From an uncultured Pseudomonadota bacterium (GTDB lineage Bacteria > Pseudomonadota > Gammaproteobacteria > Coxiellales > Coxiellaceae): DNA of 64,000 nucleotides. Shown piece after piece: positions 37,154-46,522 of the stretch. The position numbers and the translations under genes are program-made. The DNA is taken from the NCBI GenBank assembly GCA_963844565.1, contig CAWJON010000002.1, positions 1,828,667-1,892,666 on the forward strand. The letters are read 5' to 3'. Positions within the stretch are counted from its first letter, which is position 1. Every line of letters begins with the position of its first letter. The notes beneath the pieces are model-generated. The model made no database searches and had not been told where the DNA came from. It worked only from the letters and a program-made list of their open reading frames with translations.

Positions 37154-38494
37154 ATGCAACCGTTATCACTAGAAGAAAAATTACAACAGCGCTCGGAGCA
37201 AAGAAAAGATACATTGAATAGTATTGCTTTGGTCAGGCAAGGTAGAAAAATAATCGCGAGATCAATTAAGGGGTATTCTGATCACTCTAAATCTCAGCAC
37301 CTAGAAGAAGACTCGCAAGTTCTCGGTGGCTCAATTGCTAAACCACTGACAGCTCTTGCCCTGCTGATGGGTATCCTTGATCAAGTTATGGATGAAAATA
37401 AGGAAACAAAACAATCCGATGTGTTTCTTAAAAATGCAATACAAGAGAAGCTTCAAAACCCCCTAAGTCATTCTATTCCTGAAACTGACTCTATTTGGGC
37501 AAAGAAAATGCCATCTTGGGCAAATGAGGTCACGCTAGAACAATTATTATCCCATACTTCAGGGCTTAAAGATTTTACAGAATCAACCTGTCTATGTACC
37601 GCATCCAAGAAAGAGCAAAAACTCCAAAGACTACTGCGAGATTCCAGTCCTGACAGTGAATTTGTTGCTCTCTTTAAAAACGAACGATTGCTTCGAGGTA
37701 ATCCCTTTCACTATGCCAATAGTAATTATCTATTAGCGTGTCGCGCGGCGTACAACATATTAAAAAAAACACGGGATATTAAGCAAATTGAAAACTATTT
37801 TGTCGATCTCTTTCAAAAATTAGATATGAAAAGCACAGCATTTACGAGCAAAAAACCCAGTGAATTAAGAGAAGATAAAGATAAATTTTATTCAAAACTG
37901 ACATTCCCGCATCTAATCTCTTTAGATCACAAAGATAGTAAGCCCAAGATCACCCTTTTACTCGATTTTGAAGATAGGTGTTTGCCCTCAGGTTCTGGCT
38001 CACTGGTCACAACTGCCGGTGATTTGTTAAATTTGATGAGTGCGTTCGTTAATAAAAACCAGCAAATTCCAGCGGTGATTTCTGAGCTGATGACAACAGA
38101 GGGCGCTTTTGTCCGAATAGGCCAATCTAATACGCGTCTTTATTACTGTTACGGTGTGTGGCGCTCCGAAAATGCATCTGGTCAGACCATCTGTTATGAA
38201 CTTAACGGCTCGATTGCTGGATGTTATGCTCATGCAGCTTATTTTCCTGGAAAAGAAACCGGAGAAGAAACCAGAGAGGCAACCTGTATTGCTGAGGTTT
38301 CCAATATGAGACCTTCATCAAAACAGTCAGGGAAAAATCTTGGTGGTGGTCTAGTCTGTCAATTTACTCAAATTATTGGCGATCATTATAATCCAAAAAT
38401 AAAACCGCAACGCCAAAGCCGTTGTCCAAATGTTTTTAGCAGTAAAAAGACAGAAGAAACGGCTCAATCATTTATGAAATGCACAATTTTATAG
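37154..38494 (+). CDS. serine hydrolase, beta-lactamase/PBP4*-related family
   Basis: SxxK 'GSIAKPLTA', YxN 'YANSNYLL', 446 aa. Confidence 0.7.
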   Translation: MQPLSLEEKLQQRSEQRKDTLNSIALVRQGRKIIARSIKGYSDHSKSQHLEEDSQVLGGSIAKPLTALALLMGILDQVMDENKETKQSDVFLKNAIQEKLQNPLSHSIPETDSIWAKKMPSWANEVTLEQLLSHTSGLKDFTESTCLCTASKKEQKLQRLLRDSSPDSEFVALFKNERLLRGNPFHYANSNYLLACRAAYNILKKTRDIKQIENYFVDLFQKLDMKSTAFTSKKPSELREDKDKFYSKLTFPHLISLDHKDSKPKITLLLDFEDRCLPSGSGSLVTTAGDLLNLMSAFVNKNQQIPAVISELMTTEGAFVRIGQSNTRLYYCYGVWRSENASGQTICYELNGSIAGCYAHAAYFPGKETGEETREATCIAEVSNMRPSSKQSGKNLGGGLVCQFTQIIGDHYNPKIKPQRQSRCPNVFSSKKTEETAQSFMKCTIL

Positions 38495-38699
38495 ATATTT
38501 TCAATGATTCTTCACATTCTGCTCCATTTCTAAGTTAGAAGAATACTGCTGTTTCTTATCTCAAATGGTTACTCCTTAGATCCGCTGTATTTTTCTGATG
38601 AACCGCATGCGCAAATGTGTAAATTGATATCGCATAATTCAGGCAATAAAAGCCAATTTTAAATTCGTATCAATGCGGCAGTACTTAGTATTTGCTACT

Positions 38700-39950
38700 T
38701 TATTGGCAATCTTTTTGAACCGTTGGGTAGGCCATTTTCCATGGCCACAAAATAATACCGGAAAGTAGTCCTAATAAAATTAACGCTATCGCCAGTGGTA
38801 GTTGTGAGTTATTGGCGGGAATGGCTATGATAGCGGATAATACGCCGATTAACAGCATTTGCAGACTGCTCAGCGCGGCGCTTGCTCTGCTACCCAATTT
38901 TTTTGGAAAATGATGCAAAGCAGCGGCAATGGTATTAGAAAAAATTAGGGCTTGGCCGAGGGTGGCGGCAACCATTGGAGCGATAATAAAAATTATGGAT
39001 ATTTTTTCGTTAAAAAAAGTCAGCGCCATCACAACTCCAGATAAAATAATCAATGAAAATCCACAGATATACAGATGGTTGATTGAAAATTTTAGTGCCA
39101 ATTTTCGGTTAATCGTTGCAGCAGAGTAATAAGCGGCAGCGATTAAAACTGTCAACCACCCATAAACATTGGCGGAATATCCCAGTACATTTTGAATTAA
39201 AAATGGCGTCATAACGTTATAAGAAACCACTACGGCATAAGCAAATAAACCGCCCAGCATAAATTTTATAAAATGAGTATCTCGAATAATGAATCGATAA
39301 TCTTTAAGAATTTGATTAATGCTAAAGGCATGCGCATGATCATCATTTCGAGAAATGGGATTGGTTTCGGGAAGCCAGCGCCAAAAAATGAAAAGAAGCG
39401 CCAGGCTGATTAATGTTAAAAAAACAAAATCAGCGCGCCAGCCCAAATAAGTTTGTAGGTAAGCGCCAATAATAGGTGATACTCCTAAACTGATCGCAAA
39501 CCCCATGGAAAGATAAGAGGTTGCCCCTACCAGCGCTCGTCCGCTGAAACAATCTCGCAAAATAGAGCGACCGATAGTAATCGTCGCTCCACAGCCAATG
39601 CCTTGAATTAAACGGGCGAGTAGAAATGCAGTTTGAGTATGGACAAATATATTGGCCATACACCCTATACCAAAAATAGCGAGGCCGGCTAGGAGAATTG
39701 GCTTGCGACCGTAACGGTCAGACAGCGGACCGTAAATAAATTGTGAAAAACCATAGCCTAATAGAAAAATGGTGATGGAGGTTTTTACCGCTAATGGATT
39801 AATCTGTAAATCTGCGGCTATTTTAGGAAAAGCAGGCAAGTAGAGCGTGATGGCTGCTTGACCCAAGGTAGTCATCCACATCACCAGCCAGGTGATATGG
39901 CGGGCGGTTTTTTGGTTAAAATCGAAATATGATACTTTTATATCAGCCAT
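38700..39950 (-). CDS. MFS multidrug efflux transporter (Bcr/CflA-like)
   Basis: 416 aa, 12 TM-like segments, 'GPLSDRYGRKP' motif A. Divergent from a TetR gene. Confidence 0.85.
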   Translation of the reverse strand: MADIKVSYFDFNQKTARHITWLVMWMTTLGQAAITLYLPAFPKIAADLQINPLAVKTSITIFLLGYGFSQFIYGPLSDRYGRKPILLAGLAIFGIGCMANIFVHTQTAFLLARLIQGIGCGATITIGRSILRDCFSGRALVGATSYLSMGFAISLGVSPIIGAYLQTYLGWRADFVFLTLISLALLFIFWRWLPETNPISRNDDHAHAFSINQILKDYRFIIRDTHFIKFMLGGLFAYAVVVSYNVMTPFLIQNVLGYSANVYGWLTVLIAAAYYSAATINRKLALKFSINHLYICGFSLIILSGVVMALTFFNEKISIIFIIAPMVAATLGQALIFSNTIAAALHHFPKKLGSRASAALSSLQMLLIGVLSAIIAIPANNSQLPLAIALILLGLLSGIILWPWKMAYPTVQKDCQ

Positions 39951-40007
39951 TTAGTTGCTCCCACAATTGGATCAAGATAGGATATTATAACGTATTCTTG
40001 GTCAAAG

Positions 40008-40028
40008 TAAACTATACGGTGTAGTTTT
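40008..40028. promoter_or_regulatory. candidate TetR operator (imperfect palindrome)
   Basis: taaactatac g gtgtagtttt (8/10 arm complementarity), immediately before the tetR start in the divergent intergenic region. Confidence 0.3.
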
Positions 40029-40640
40029 ATGAGAGAAAGAAAAAATCAGGCGATTATCGCCGCAGCCACTCAGGTCTTTTTAAAGAAAGGATTTGAGTCA
40101 GCGAGTATGGATGAAATTGCGGCAGTAGCGGAGGTATCCAAGCGCACGGTTTATCAGCATTTTGGCAATAAAGAGCAATTATTTCAGAAGATCTTAGTCG
40201 AATATTGGCAAGCCGTGAATGTCAATCAGCAATCGTTATTTAATTCTGATCAGTCTATTGCCGTTAACTTAAAACATTTTGCGCAAATTTTCCTGGATTT
40301 TTTATACAGGCCACAAACTATCGATTTATTTCGCTTACTGATCACTGAGTCGCAACGATTTCCGTCGCTCACTCAATCATTATTAGTGAATGGTAAAGCG
40401 CCTTTCACTCAAGAGCTGATCCGTTTCCTGGATCAACAGAAAAAAACGGGGGTGCTGCGAATCAAAGATACTGAACGAGCAGCCTCATTTTTTTTAGGCC
40501 AATTAAAAGAATATCATTTTTGGCCGATGATGCTAGGTTTTACTCAGGAAACCAGCATCCCAAAGCGGGATCAGTTGATCACTGAAGCAATCACGATATT
40601 TATAAAATATTATTCTATAGTCATCGCGCCTGAGTTCTAG
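40029..40640 (+). CDS. TetR/AcrR-family transcriptional regulator
   Basis: HTH 'GFESASMDEIAAVAEVSKRTVYQHFGNKEQLF', 203 aa. Confidence 0.9.
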   Translation: MRERKNQAIIAAATQVFLKKGFESASMDEIAAVAEVSKRTVYQHFGNKEQLFQKILVEYWQAVNVNQQSLFNSDQSIAVNLKHFAQIFLDFLYRPQTIDLFRLLITESQRFPSLTQSLLVNGKAPFTQELIRFLDQQKKTGVLRIKDTERAASFFLGQLKEYHFWPMMLGFTQETSIPKRDQLITEAITIFIKYYSIVIAPEF

Positions 40641-40856
40641 GTGTTTGCCCAAAAAAAGAGCGCGTCGTACCTCGGCTTGTCCCTGAGGGATGGTCACTTT
40701 TTTCATGAAATGCTCTCCAATTGAGTTGTTAAATTCAGTTGCCGCAGAGCATCCAAGATCAAATGAAACTATTCTATACTGAGACTAACCCTTTTTTTTA
40801 AAGCTTCTCAGCCTAAATAAACTTTGGATAAAGCACGCACACCATTGGCACAGCCA

Positions 40857-40940
40857 TTGGTGTCAGGCATGACGGATATTTGGAACTTAATCACTTGTTT
40901 TATTGCCGATTTTAATTTTTTATATCATCTCTGACACCAA
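40857..40940. repeat. 84-bp MITE-like element with 10-bp terminal inverted repeats TTGGTGTCAG/CTGACACCAA
   Basis: Read directly. The termini share the GGTGTCAG core of the IS30 inverted repeats. A degenerate copy lies at 32708..32792. Confidence 0.6.
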
Positions 40941-41163
40941 CGTTTGTTGATTTTGATGAAACCTCCTCTGTTCCTGCGAAGCTCAATCACAATGCTCAGG
41001 AGGCAGATATATTGGACGTATTGAGCAAAATGGTTAATGAGAACCAGCAATAAGAAGTTTAATATTGATTTTTTTCACTGAATCTTTAAATCATTTGGCT
41101 CAAAAAATTCAGTAATGGCAAGTAAGATACTTTTTAAAAAATATCTCAACTTGCCAAAAAATG

Positions 41164-42432
41164 CGGTGTCAGATCCACATACTTCAACTTAATTCTGAAA
41201 AAAATCAATGCATTAAAATTTAAAATGTCCGGGTAAAAATTGCACCTCTTTGCAACTCTGATTGTCTAATATTTACACGTATATTTCCTCGATTAATTCC
41301 ATTGTTTTTCAAATTATTACTGTAACATATGTGGGTGTATTCTATTTGAAGCGCGACAGTCCCGCAGTAAGGTATACTTTAACTTGCTGATTAAACAACC
41401 AAAAGGAGACTGCCGCTATGGACCATTATACACATATCAGTTATCAAGAAAGAGTAAAAATTGATATATATTTAGGGCTTAAATATCCCATTAGTCAGAT
41501 AGCGAAGCGCATAAAAAGGCATCGCTCAACTATATATCGAGAGTTAAAAAGAAATGGACAAAAAAATAAATCTTATAAAGGGTATTTAGCGAACAATAAA
41601 GCGCATCTGAGACGAAACATTGGGGTGGTGAGTATTAAAAATAATATTTATTTACAGGACTATATCAAGAAACGATTAGAAAAAGGATGGAGTCCTGAAC
41701 AAATATCTGGTCGCATGAAATTAACGAGTTGTCCTTATTACGTCTGTCATGAAACTATCTATCGTTTCATTTATGGTTTAAAAGACAAAGTATGGTATGA
41801 ATATCTCCATTATAAAAAAAAGAATCGGGGCAGGTTTTATGGAAGGAAACCTAAAAGCTGTCGATATGCTGAAATAAAGCTAATAGATCAACGTCCGGTA
41901 GAAATATTGACAAGAACAGAGATAGGACATTGGGAAGGAGATACGATGATACTTTCGGCCAATAGAAAAGAAAATATCACGACACTGGTCGAACGAAAAT
42001 CACGATTTTTAATTTTAAGGAGAAATGAAAATAAATGTTCAGAAGGTGTCATTAGTCAGATAAAAGACATCATTAAAAAAAATCCCAGGAAATTGTGGAA
42101 GACGATAACTTTTGATCAAGGATCTGAATTTGCTAATTACCGGGAAATAGACAGAAAAACAAAATGTCAAAGTTATTTTTGCTATCCCCATTCACCCTGG
42201 CAAAAAGGTAGTAATGAAAATATGAATGGTCGATTACGAAGGTATATCCCAAGAAACATACCCATACAGACGATAACAACCAATTTCTTACAAGAGATCA
42301 GTCATAAAATGAATGAGATACCTAGAAAATGTTTGGGTTATTTAAACCCAAGAGAGGCCCTACAAAGAAATGTCTCTATAAAAAATATGTCGCGCTTGAC
42401 TTAGAATTCATCGTGGATGTGACACCGTATCC
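41164..42432 (+). mobile_element. IS30-family insertion sequence, copy 2
   Basis: Same 1269 bp as copy 1, same orientation. The transposase translation is identical. Confidence 0.9.
41418..42404 (+). CDS. IS30-family transposase
   Basis: 328 aa, identical to 25949..26935. Confidence 0.95.
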   Translation: MDHYTHISYQERVKIDIYLGLKYPISQIAKRIKRHRSTIYRELKRNGQKNKSYKGYLANNKAHLRRNIGVVSIKNNIYLQDYIKKRLEKGWSPEQISGRMKLTSCPYYVCHETIYRFIYGLKDKVWYEYLHYKKKNRGRFYGRKPKSCRYAEIKLIDQRPVEILTRTEIGHWEGDTMILSANRKENITTLVERKSRFLILRRNENKCSEGVISQIKDIIKKNPRKLWKTITFDQGSEFANYREIDRKTKCQSYFCYPHSPWQKGSNENMNGRLRRYIPRNIPIQTITTNFLQEISHKMNEIPRKCLGYLNPREALQRNVSIKNMSRLT

Positions 42433-43271
42433 TGCTTGACAGAGTGAGTATCAATAGTTGCTTCTTCAAATAAGGATTTACCTTGAAGTTTTCTCCTGTT
42501 GAGTTTAAAAAAAGCAATCGGTACGTATGGATTTTTGGTGACGGTTAATCCTGATTTATCTTGGTATGAATTTGACACATCTTCTACTAATAATTGCAAA
42601 GCGAATAAAAAGAATGCTCCTTGGCTAATTCCTATTGTCGTATTAAGTGCTTTTTCGGGGCTATTAGCCAATTGGATTTCGAAAGCGCTTTCGCTGGTTA
42701 TGCCAGCAATTGGAAAGCCTTGTTGCAGAAGATTCATCGCAGTTTCTGCAGTAGCACAATACCAAACCAGGTTTATAGGAGCAGCAGGGAAGCGCTTTTG
42801 TATCGATCGGAAAATAATCACAGCACATAGATCATAAATACCGCCGCAAAACTCTTTGATTTCATAATCTATGGCTATTTCACTTTCGTGTAATTTCTGA
42901 ATGGCCTCGGGAAGGAAACCAATAGAATCGGTACGATAGACCCTGAATTCAAAATAATCTCTAAGAGTAAGAGTCGTTTGGGATTGTTTTCTGGCTTTCT
43001 GGATAATCTTCCAGTTTTCAGCTTGTCCAAGTTTCATGAGCGGCGTTGAGATATCTACAGTGGAATTGGAAGAAACAACGACACCTTCTATCTTAATATA
43101 TAAAGAGGTGTAAAAATCTTTAACTTGATTAATAAAAAAAACTTCTAAAGGGGCTCGAATAGCATGTAAATAATTATAACTGGAAGGCAGTGGTATAAGC
43201 TCGCCATTAAGGCTAGGCTCTATTTTTTTAAAATATTTATCGACGTCAGAATTTATACAATAGTGCCACAA
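42408..43271 (-). CDS. hypothetical protein whose last codons and stop lie inside the IS30 right end
   Basis: 287-aa ORF. The final '..DTVSHPR*' is encoded by IS sequence (42408-42432), so the native 3' end was probably displaced. No motif recognised. Confidence 0.5.
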   Translation of the reverse strand: MWHYCINSDVDKYFKKIEPSLNGELIPLPSSYNYLHAIRAPLEVFFINQVKDFYTSLYIKIEGVVVSSNSTVDISTPLMKLGQAENWKIIQKARKQSQTTLTLRDYFEFRVYRTDSIGFLPEAIQKLHESEIAIDYEIKEFCGGIYDLCAVIIFRSIQKRFPAAPINLVWYCATAETAMNLLQQGFPIAGITSESAFEIQLANSPEKALNTTIGISQGAFFLFALQLLVEDVSNSYQDKSGLTVTKNPYVPIAFFKLNRRKLQGKSLFEEATIDTHSVKQDTVSHPR

Positions 43272-43404
43272 CCGAATTATTGACTCTTGTTCCTCCGTAG
43301 TCGCAAATAAATAGAATCTGACAAAAATATAAGGGCTATTTGCATTTGTTGAGACAGTTTAACAAGATGGTGAACGTTCTTGCCCATAATAGCACCTGAA
43401 CTTT

Positions 43405-44523
43405 TCAAAAAAGTATTATACATTCAGCTTGACAAAATTGTTCATCAACAAATTTCCCTTTTAACTTAATTAATGTAACTCCAAAACTATTAAAATTAGC
43501 GATATCAAAAACCCAGGTCGGTTTAGAACGAATAGAAATATCGTATTCCTCATTGGCATATAAAGTGGCCCCCAGAGCTGATAAATCTAATAAAAAACGT
43601 AGAAAATTCTGAAGCTCTGGATATAGTAATTGATATTTATCGACAGAGGAAAATTTTTCGGTTAAAGCCAAAAATTCTTGGCGAGATTTATCATACCAGC
43701 CCATGTCAAGGAATTGAAGTTGTTTTTCATGATTAAGCGTGACTATATGCGCATAAACCTCATCCAGAAAAGCACTGATACAAGCTTTATCACCGGAATT
43801 TTTGATTTTTTCTCGAATTAATGCAATTGCAATTTTTATTTGCTCAAAATATAATTCTTCATACTGTTTTAGCTTAGTTAATAAAAGTGGAGGCAGGGGA
43901 ATTTTGTGAAATTGAGCTGTGGCTCCTGGATTAAATTTTCTAGACCACCATAAGCTAGTACAATCAAAATTTTTTAATTCTATATCGGCGCCACATTCCA
44001 CAAGATCAATAGCAAATATACCGTTGGGAGTTGCGATAAGATTATCGGCATACCGATCTAGGTTTTTGAATAACACCATAATTGCAGTTAATTTAGCCAA
44101 ATCTGCAATAAATCTTTTTGGATTGATATCAAAATAGTCAGAGCCTAATGGTTTGCCTGCTATAAATTTAGTTTTGAGAAATATCTTACCATTAATTTTC
44201 TCCAATGCAGGTTCAGGAAACAAATCATCCAAAAAGTATCGTCCCAGCGTAAGTAAGCAGGCTTCCTTTATAACCGCAGCTAGAGACAAATCAATTTCTG
44301 TATCAGACAGTAACTCATAACCGTCGCCATCGAAAATTACGTTATCAATATCAATTCTCAAACGTCTTTGAGGAAATTTCAACACAAACTTTTCATCAAT
44401 GATAAACGCATCATGCGATTGAATGGCATGAGGGTATTTAGTTATAATATCTTGTAAAAAGACATCTGAATGCAAAGGTATTATTTTTTTTGCATCGTCA
44501 GATTTTTTTTCTTCTGGTTTCAT
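43405..44523 (-). CDS. PI3K/PI4K-like atypical kinase-fold protein (effector-like)
   Basis: 'AIMVLFKNLDRYADNLIATPNGIFAIDLVECG' aligns with the lipid-kinase catalytic and activation segment 'LgigDRHxdNiml..G.lfHIDFG'. A candidate beta3 Lys lies in 'FVLKFP'. Confidence 0.5.
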   Translation of the reverse strand: MKPEEKKSDDAKKIIPLHSDVFLQDIITKYPHAIQSHDAFIIDEKFVLKFPQRRLRIDIDNVIFDGDGYELLSDTEIDLSLAAVIKEACLLTLGRYFLDDLFPEPALEKINGKIFLKTKFIAGKPLGSDYFDINPKRFIADLAKLTAIMVLFKNLDRYADNLIATPNGIFAIDLVECGADIELKNFDCTSLWWSRKFNPGATAQFHKIPLPPLLLTKLKQYEELYFEQIKIAIALIREKIKNSGDKACISAFLDEVYAHIVTLNHEKQLQFLDMGWYDKSRQEFLALTEKFSSVDKYQLLYPELQNFLRFLLDLSALGATLYANEEYDISIRSKPTWVFDIANFNSFGVTLIKLKGKFVDEQFCQAECIILF

Positions 44524-44629
44524 GGCTCCTCATATATAATTATATGACGTTCTCTTCAAAATGCAGCTAACTATGTTGTAAAAATTGATCGACTGATATA
44601 TTATAAAAAAAGAATATAAGGAAATAAAA

Positions 44630-45292
44630 ATGAAATCTACATGGTTCAGACCCCCTAAAGGATTCCAACAACCTAACAGTGACTTTAAACTAGATAAAAT
44701 TAAAAAAGCCTTGGATCAAGGCATTGATCTAAACGTTCTAGATGAAGAAAAATACACCCCATTACAAATGGTCATTAGAGGTTCTGATGATCGGAATAAA
44801 ATAAATCTCATAAAAATGCTAATTGAAGCAAAAGCCGACGTTAATTTAGCTAGAGATAATTCCACTCTACCTCTCTCAATGGCGGCTTGTTCCTCTCATA
44901 GTCGCTTAACTTTCGTACAAGCCATTATGGCGGCAAAGGATCAGGCTTATTGGCGTAGCCAGCTTCCCCTCTTCGATTCAGTATTATCAGATTTCCTCCA
45001 ATCTTTAGTGACTTCATATAATACTTACCCGCCTCTCGTTCCTATTACAGATTTTGAACAGGAAAGGGAAAAATTGTTTGTTTTAGCTGAATTATTTAAA
45101 ACGGACAAGGACGGTCTTTTAGAGCGGTCCAAATACACCTTTGATAGATTTGTTCAACACTTTGAACAACCCGATTGTTCTTATGTAGGTGGTATATATA
45201 ACTATACTTACCTTGTTTTTTTTGGCTATCTATTTCTTGACGGGATTATATTTCCTCGATTAATTCCATTGTTTTTCAAATCATTACTGTAA
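44630..45292 (+). CDS. ankyrin-repeat protein (Ank3), C-terminus replaced by IS30-derived sequence
   Basis: 'EKYTPLQMVIRGSDDRNKINLIKMLIEAKADVN', 'NSTLPLSMAA'. The last about 15 codons ('IIFPRLIPLFFKSLL*') are encoded by the IS30 remnant. Confidence 0.65.
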   Translation: MKSTWFRPPKGFQQPNSDFKLDKIKKALDQGIDLNVLDEEKYTPLQMVIRGSDDRNKINLIKMLIEAKADVNLARDNSTLPLSMAACSSHSRLTFVQAIMAAKDQAYWRSQLPLFDSVLSDFLQSLVTSYNTYPPLVPITDFEQEREKLFVLAELFKTDKDGLLERSKYTFDRFVQHFEQPDCSYVGGIYNYTYLVFFGYLFLDGIIFPRLIPLFFKSLL

Positions 45293-45317
45293 CATATGTG
45301 GATGTGACATCGTATCC
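45247..45317 (+). mobile_element. IS30 deletion remnant (internal left segment fused to the right end)
   Basis: 'tatatttcctcgattaattccattgtttttcaaatcattactgtaacatatgtgg' equals IS positions about 117-171. It is joined at a 'gtgg' microhomology to 'atgtgacatcgtatcc', the IS right terminus. Confidence 0.8.
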
Positions 45318-45418
45318 TGCTTTTAGTTTATCTATTTAATTGATTATGATATAGTACTTTAATAATAAAAACAGATAGACAACCAACTTAGCACAAATAG
45401 AAAAATACCGAGCGAATC

Positions 45419-46363
45419 ATGAAAACACTTGTTCCCTTAACTATCCCATTTATGAAAGAGGGCAAACCAATTTCTGCTGAAGAACAGGCTAAACAGATCA
45501 TAACTATCGGTGAGCAAACTGTTAAAAAAATGAAGGCCAAAGGATTTGCTATCACCTATTCCGCCAATGCAGATCAGACTCGCGATACCTACTTAGGATA
45601 TTGCAGCGGAAAAGATATAGATATAAAAGGCAGCAATCAAGCAAGTGTCATAGAGGAAATTCATAATCAAATTCGTTCTCGAGATTTCAAAGGAGACAAA
45701 GGGAGCTTTAGAATATTGCCAATTTCAACTTGTCTTCACGCTGGCGGAATAGGAAAAATTAAAAAGAATAATATCATTTATGACCTCTCAAATATTGCTT
45801 GTTACCTAGGCGCCCAAGCCAATGAAAATGGCGAACATTGGGTGATATTTGGTTGGAAAAACCAAATAACCGGAAAGAAATTCGCAATTGGCGGAGGAGT
45901 TAGCAAGCTATACCAAGCAGATGATGCGTTGATACAAGACACACTACAGTATTTTGAGCTAGTTAATTTTAAGCATGAGCCGACAGAAGGCCCGATATTA
46001 GAAATATTTTCTGAACTCAAGATTGCTTTTGAATTAGGGAAGGAAACTGGGGAGCCACTAGCTTATGCCCGCAGTTTTATGAAAGATTCAGAAGAAGAGG
46101 CACAAAGCTCGGATGATGATAATAGCAGCTTTGGAGTCGACGGGTGGGACGGGAGCGACTTAACTTTTGCTCAATTCACAATCAACTACGGGCTGGAACC
46201 CTCATCTTCGTCTTCGGCATCACCATTAATCTCTTGCGGAATACTAGGCAATCTAGATGCAGACAAGACGACAACTTCTAAAGAAAAAAATCAAGATGAA
46301 GCCTCAGCCTCAAATTCTAAACTGGGAAAACAGGAGTCATACCGGTCAGGCCTGACAGATTGA
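45419..46363 (+). CDS. family-B protein 2
   Basis: 314 aa. 'ISTCLHAGGIG', 'VIFGWKNQITGKKFAIGGGVSK', acidic Ser-rich tail. Paralogue of 29364..30584. Confidence 0.75.
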   Translation: MKTLVPLTIPFMKEGKPISAEEQAKQIITIGEQTVKKMKAKGFAITYSANADQTRDTYLGYCSGKDIDIKGSNQASVIEEIHNQIRSRDFKGDKGSFRILPISTCLHAGGIGKIKKNNIIYDLSNIACYLGAQANENGEHWVIFGWKNQITGKKFAIGGGVSKLYQADDALIQDTLQYFELVNFKHEPTEGPILEIFSELKIAFELGKETGEPLAYARSFMKDSEEEAQSSDDDNSSFGVDGWDGSDLTFAQFTINYGLEPSSSSSASPLISCGILGNLDADKTTTSKEKNQDEASASNSKLGKQESYRSGLTD

Positions 46364-46522
46364 CAGTTTTTTCCAAAAATAATGGCTCATACAGCTCCCG
46401 GTTCTGAAACTTATAGCATCCGTAAGGGGATCCGTATTTTCTACGGATGTTAATATCTATTTTTCAGGCATATTAAGCATCACACATTGATTAAATGATC
46501 TGCAAAAATAAGGGCAGTTACT

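Noticed and set aside
26964-41163. Composite transposon formed by the two IS30 copies
   Set aside because: The copies are in direct orientation, but there is no shared target duplication at the outer ends. The interval includes housekeeping-type genes (arfB, OsmC, hydrolases) and the tRNA repeat. Two independent insertions are more likely.
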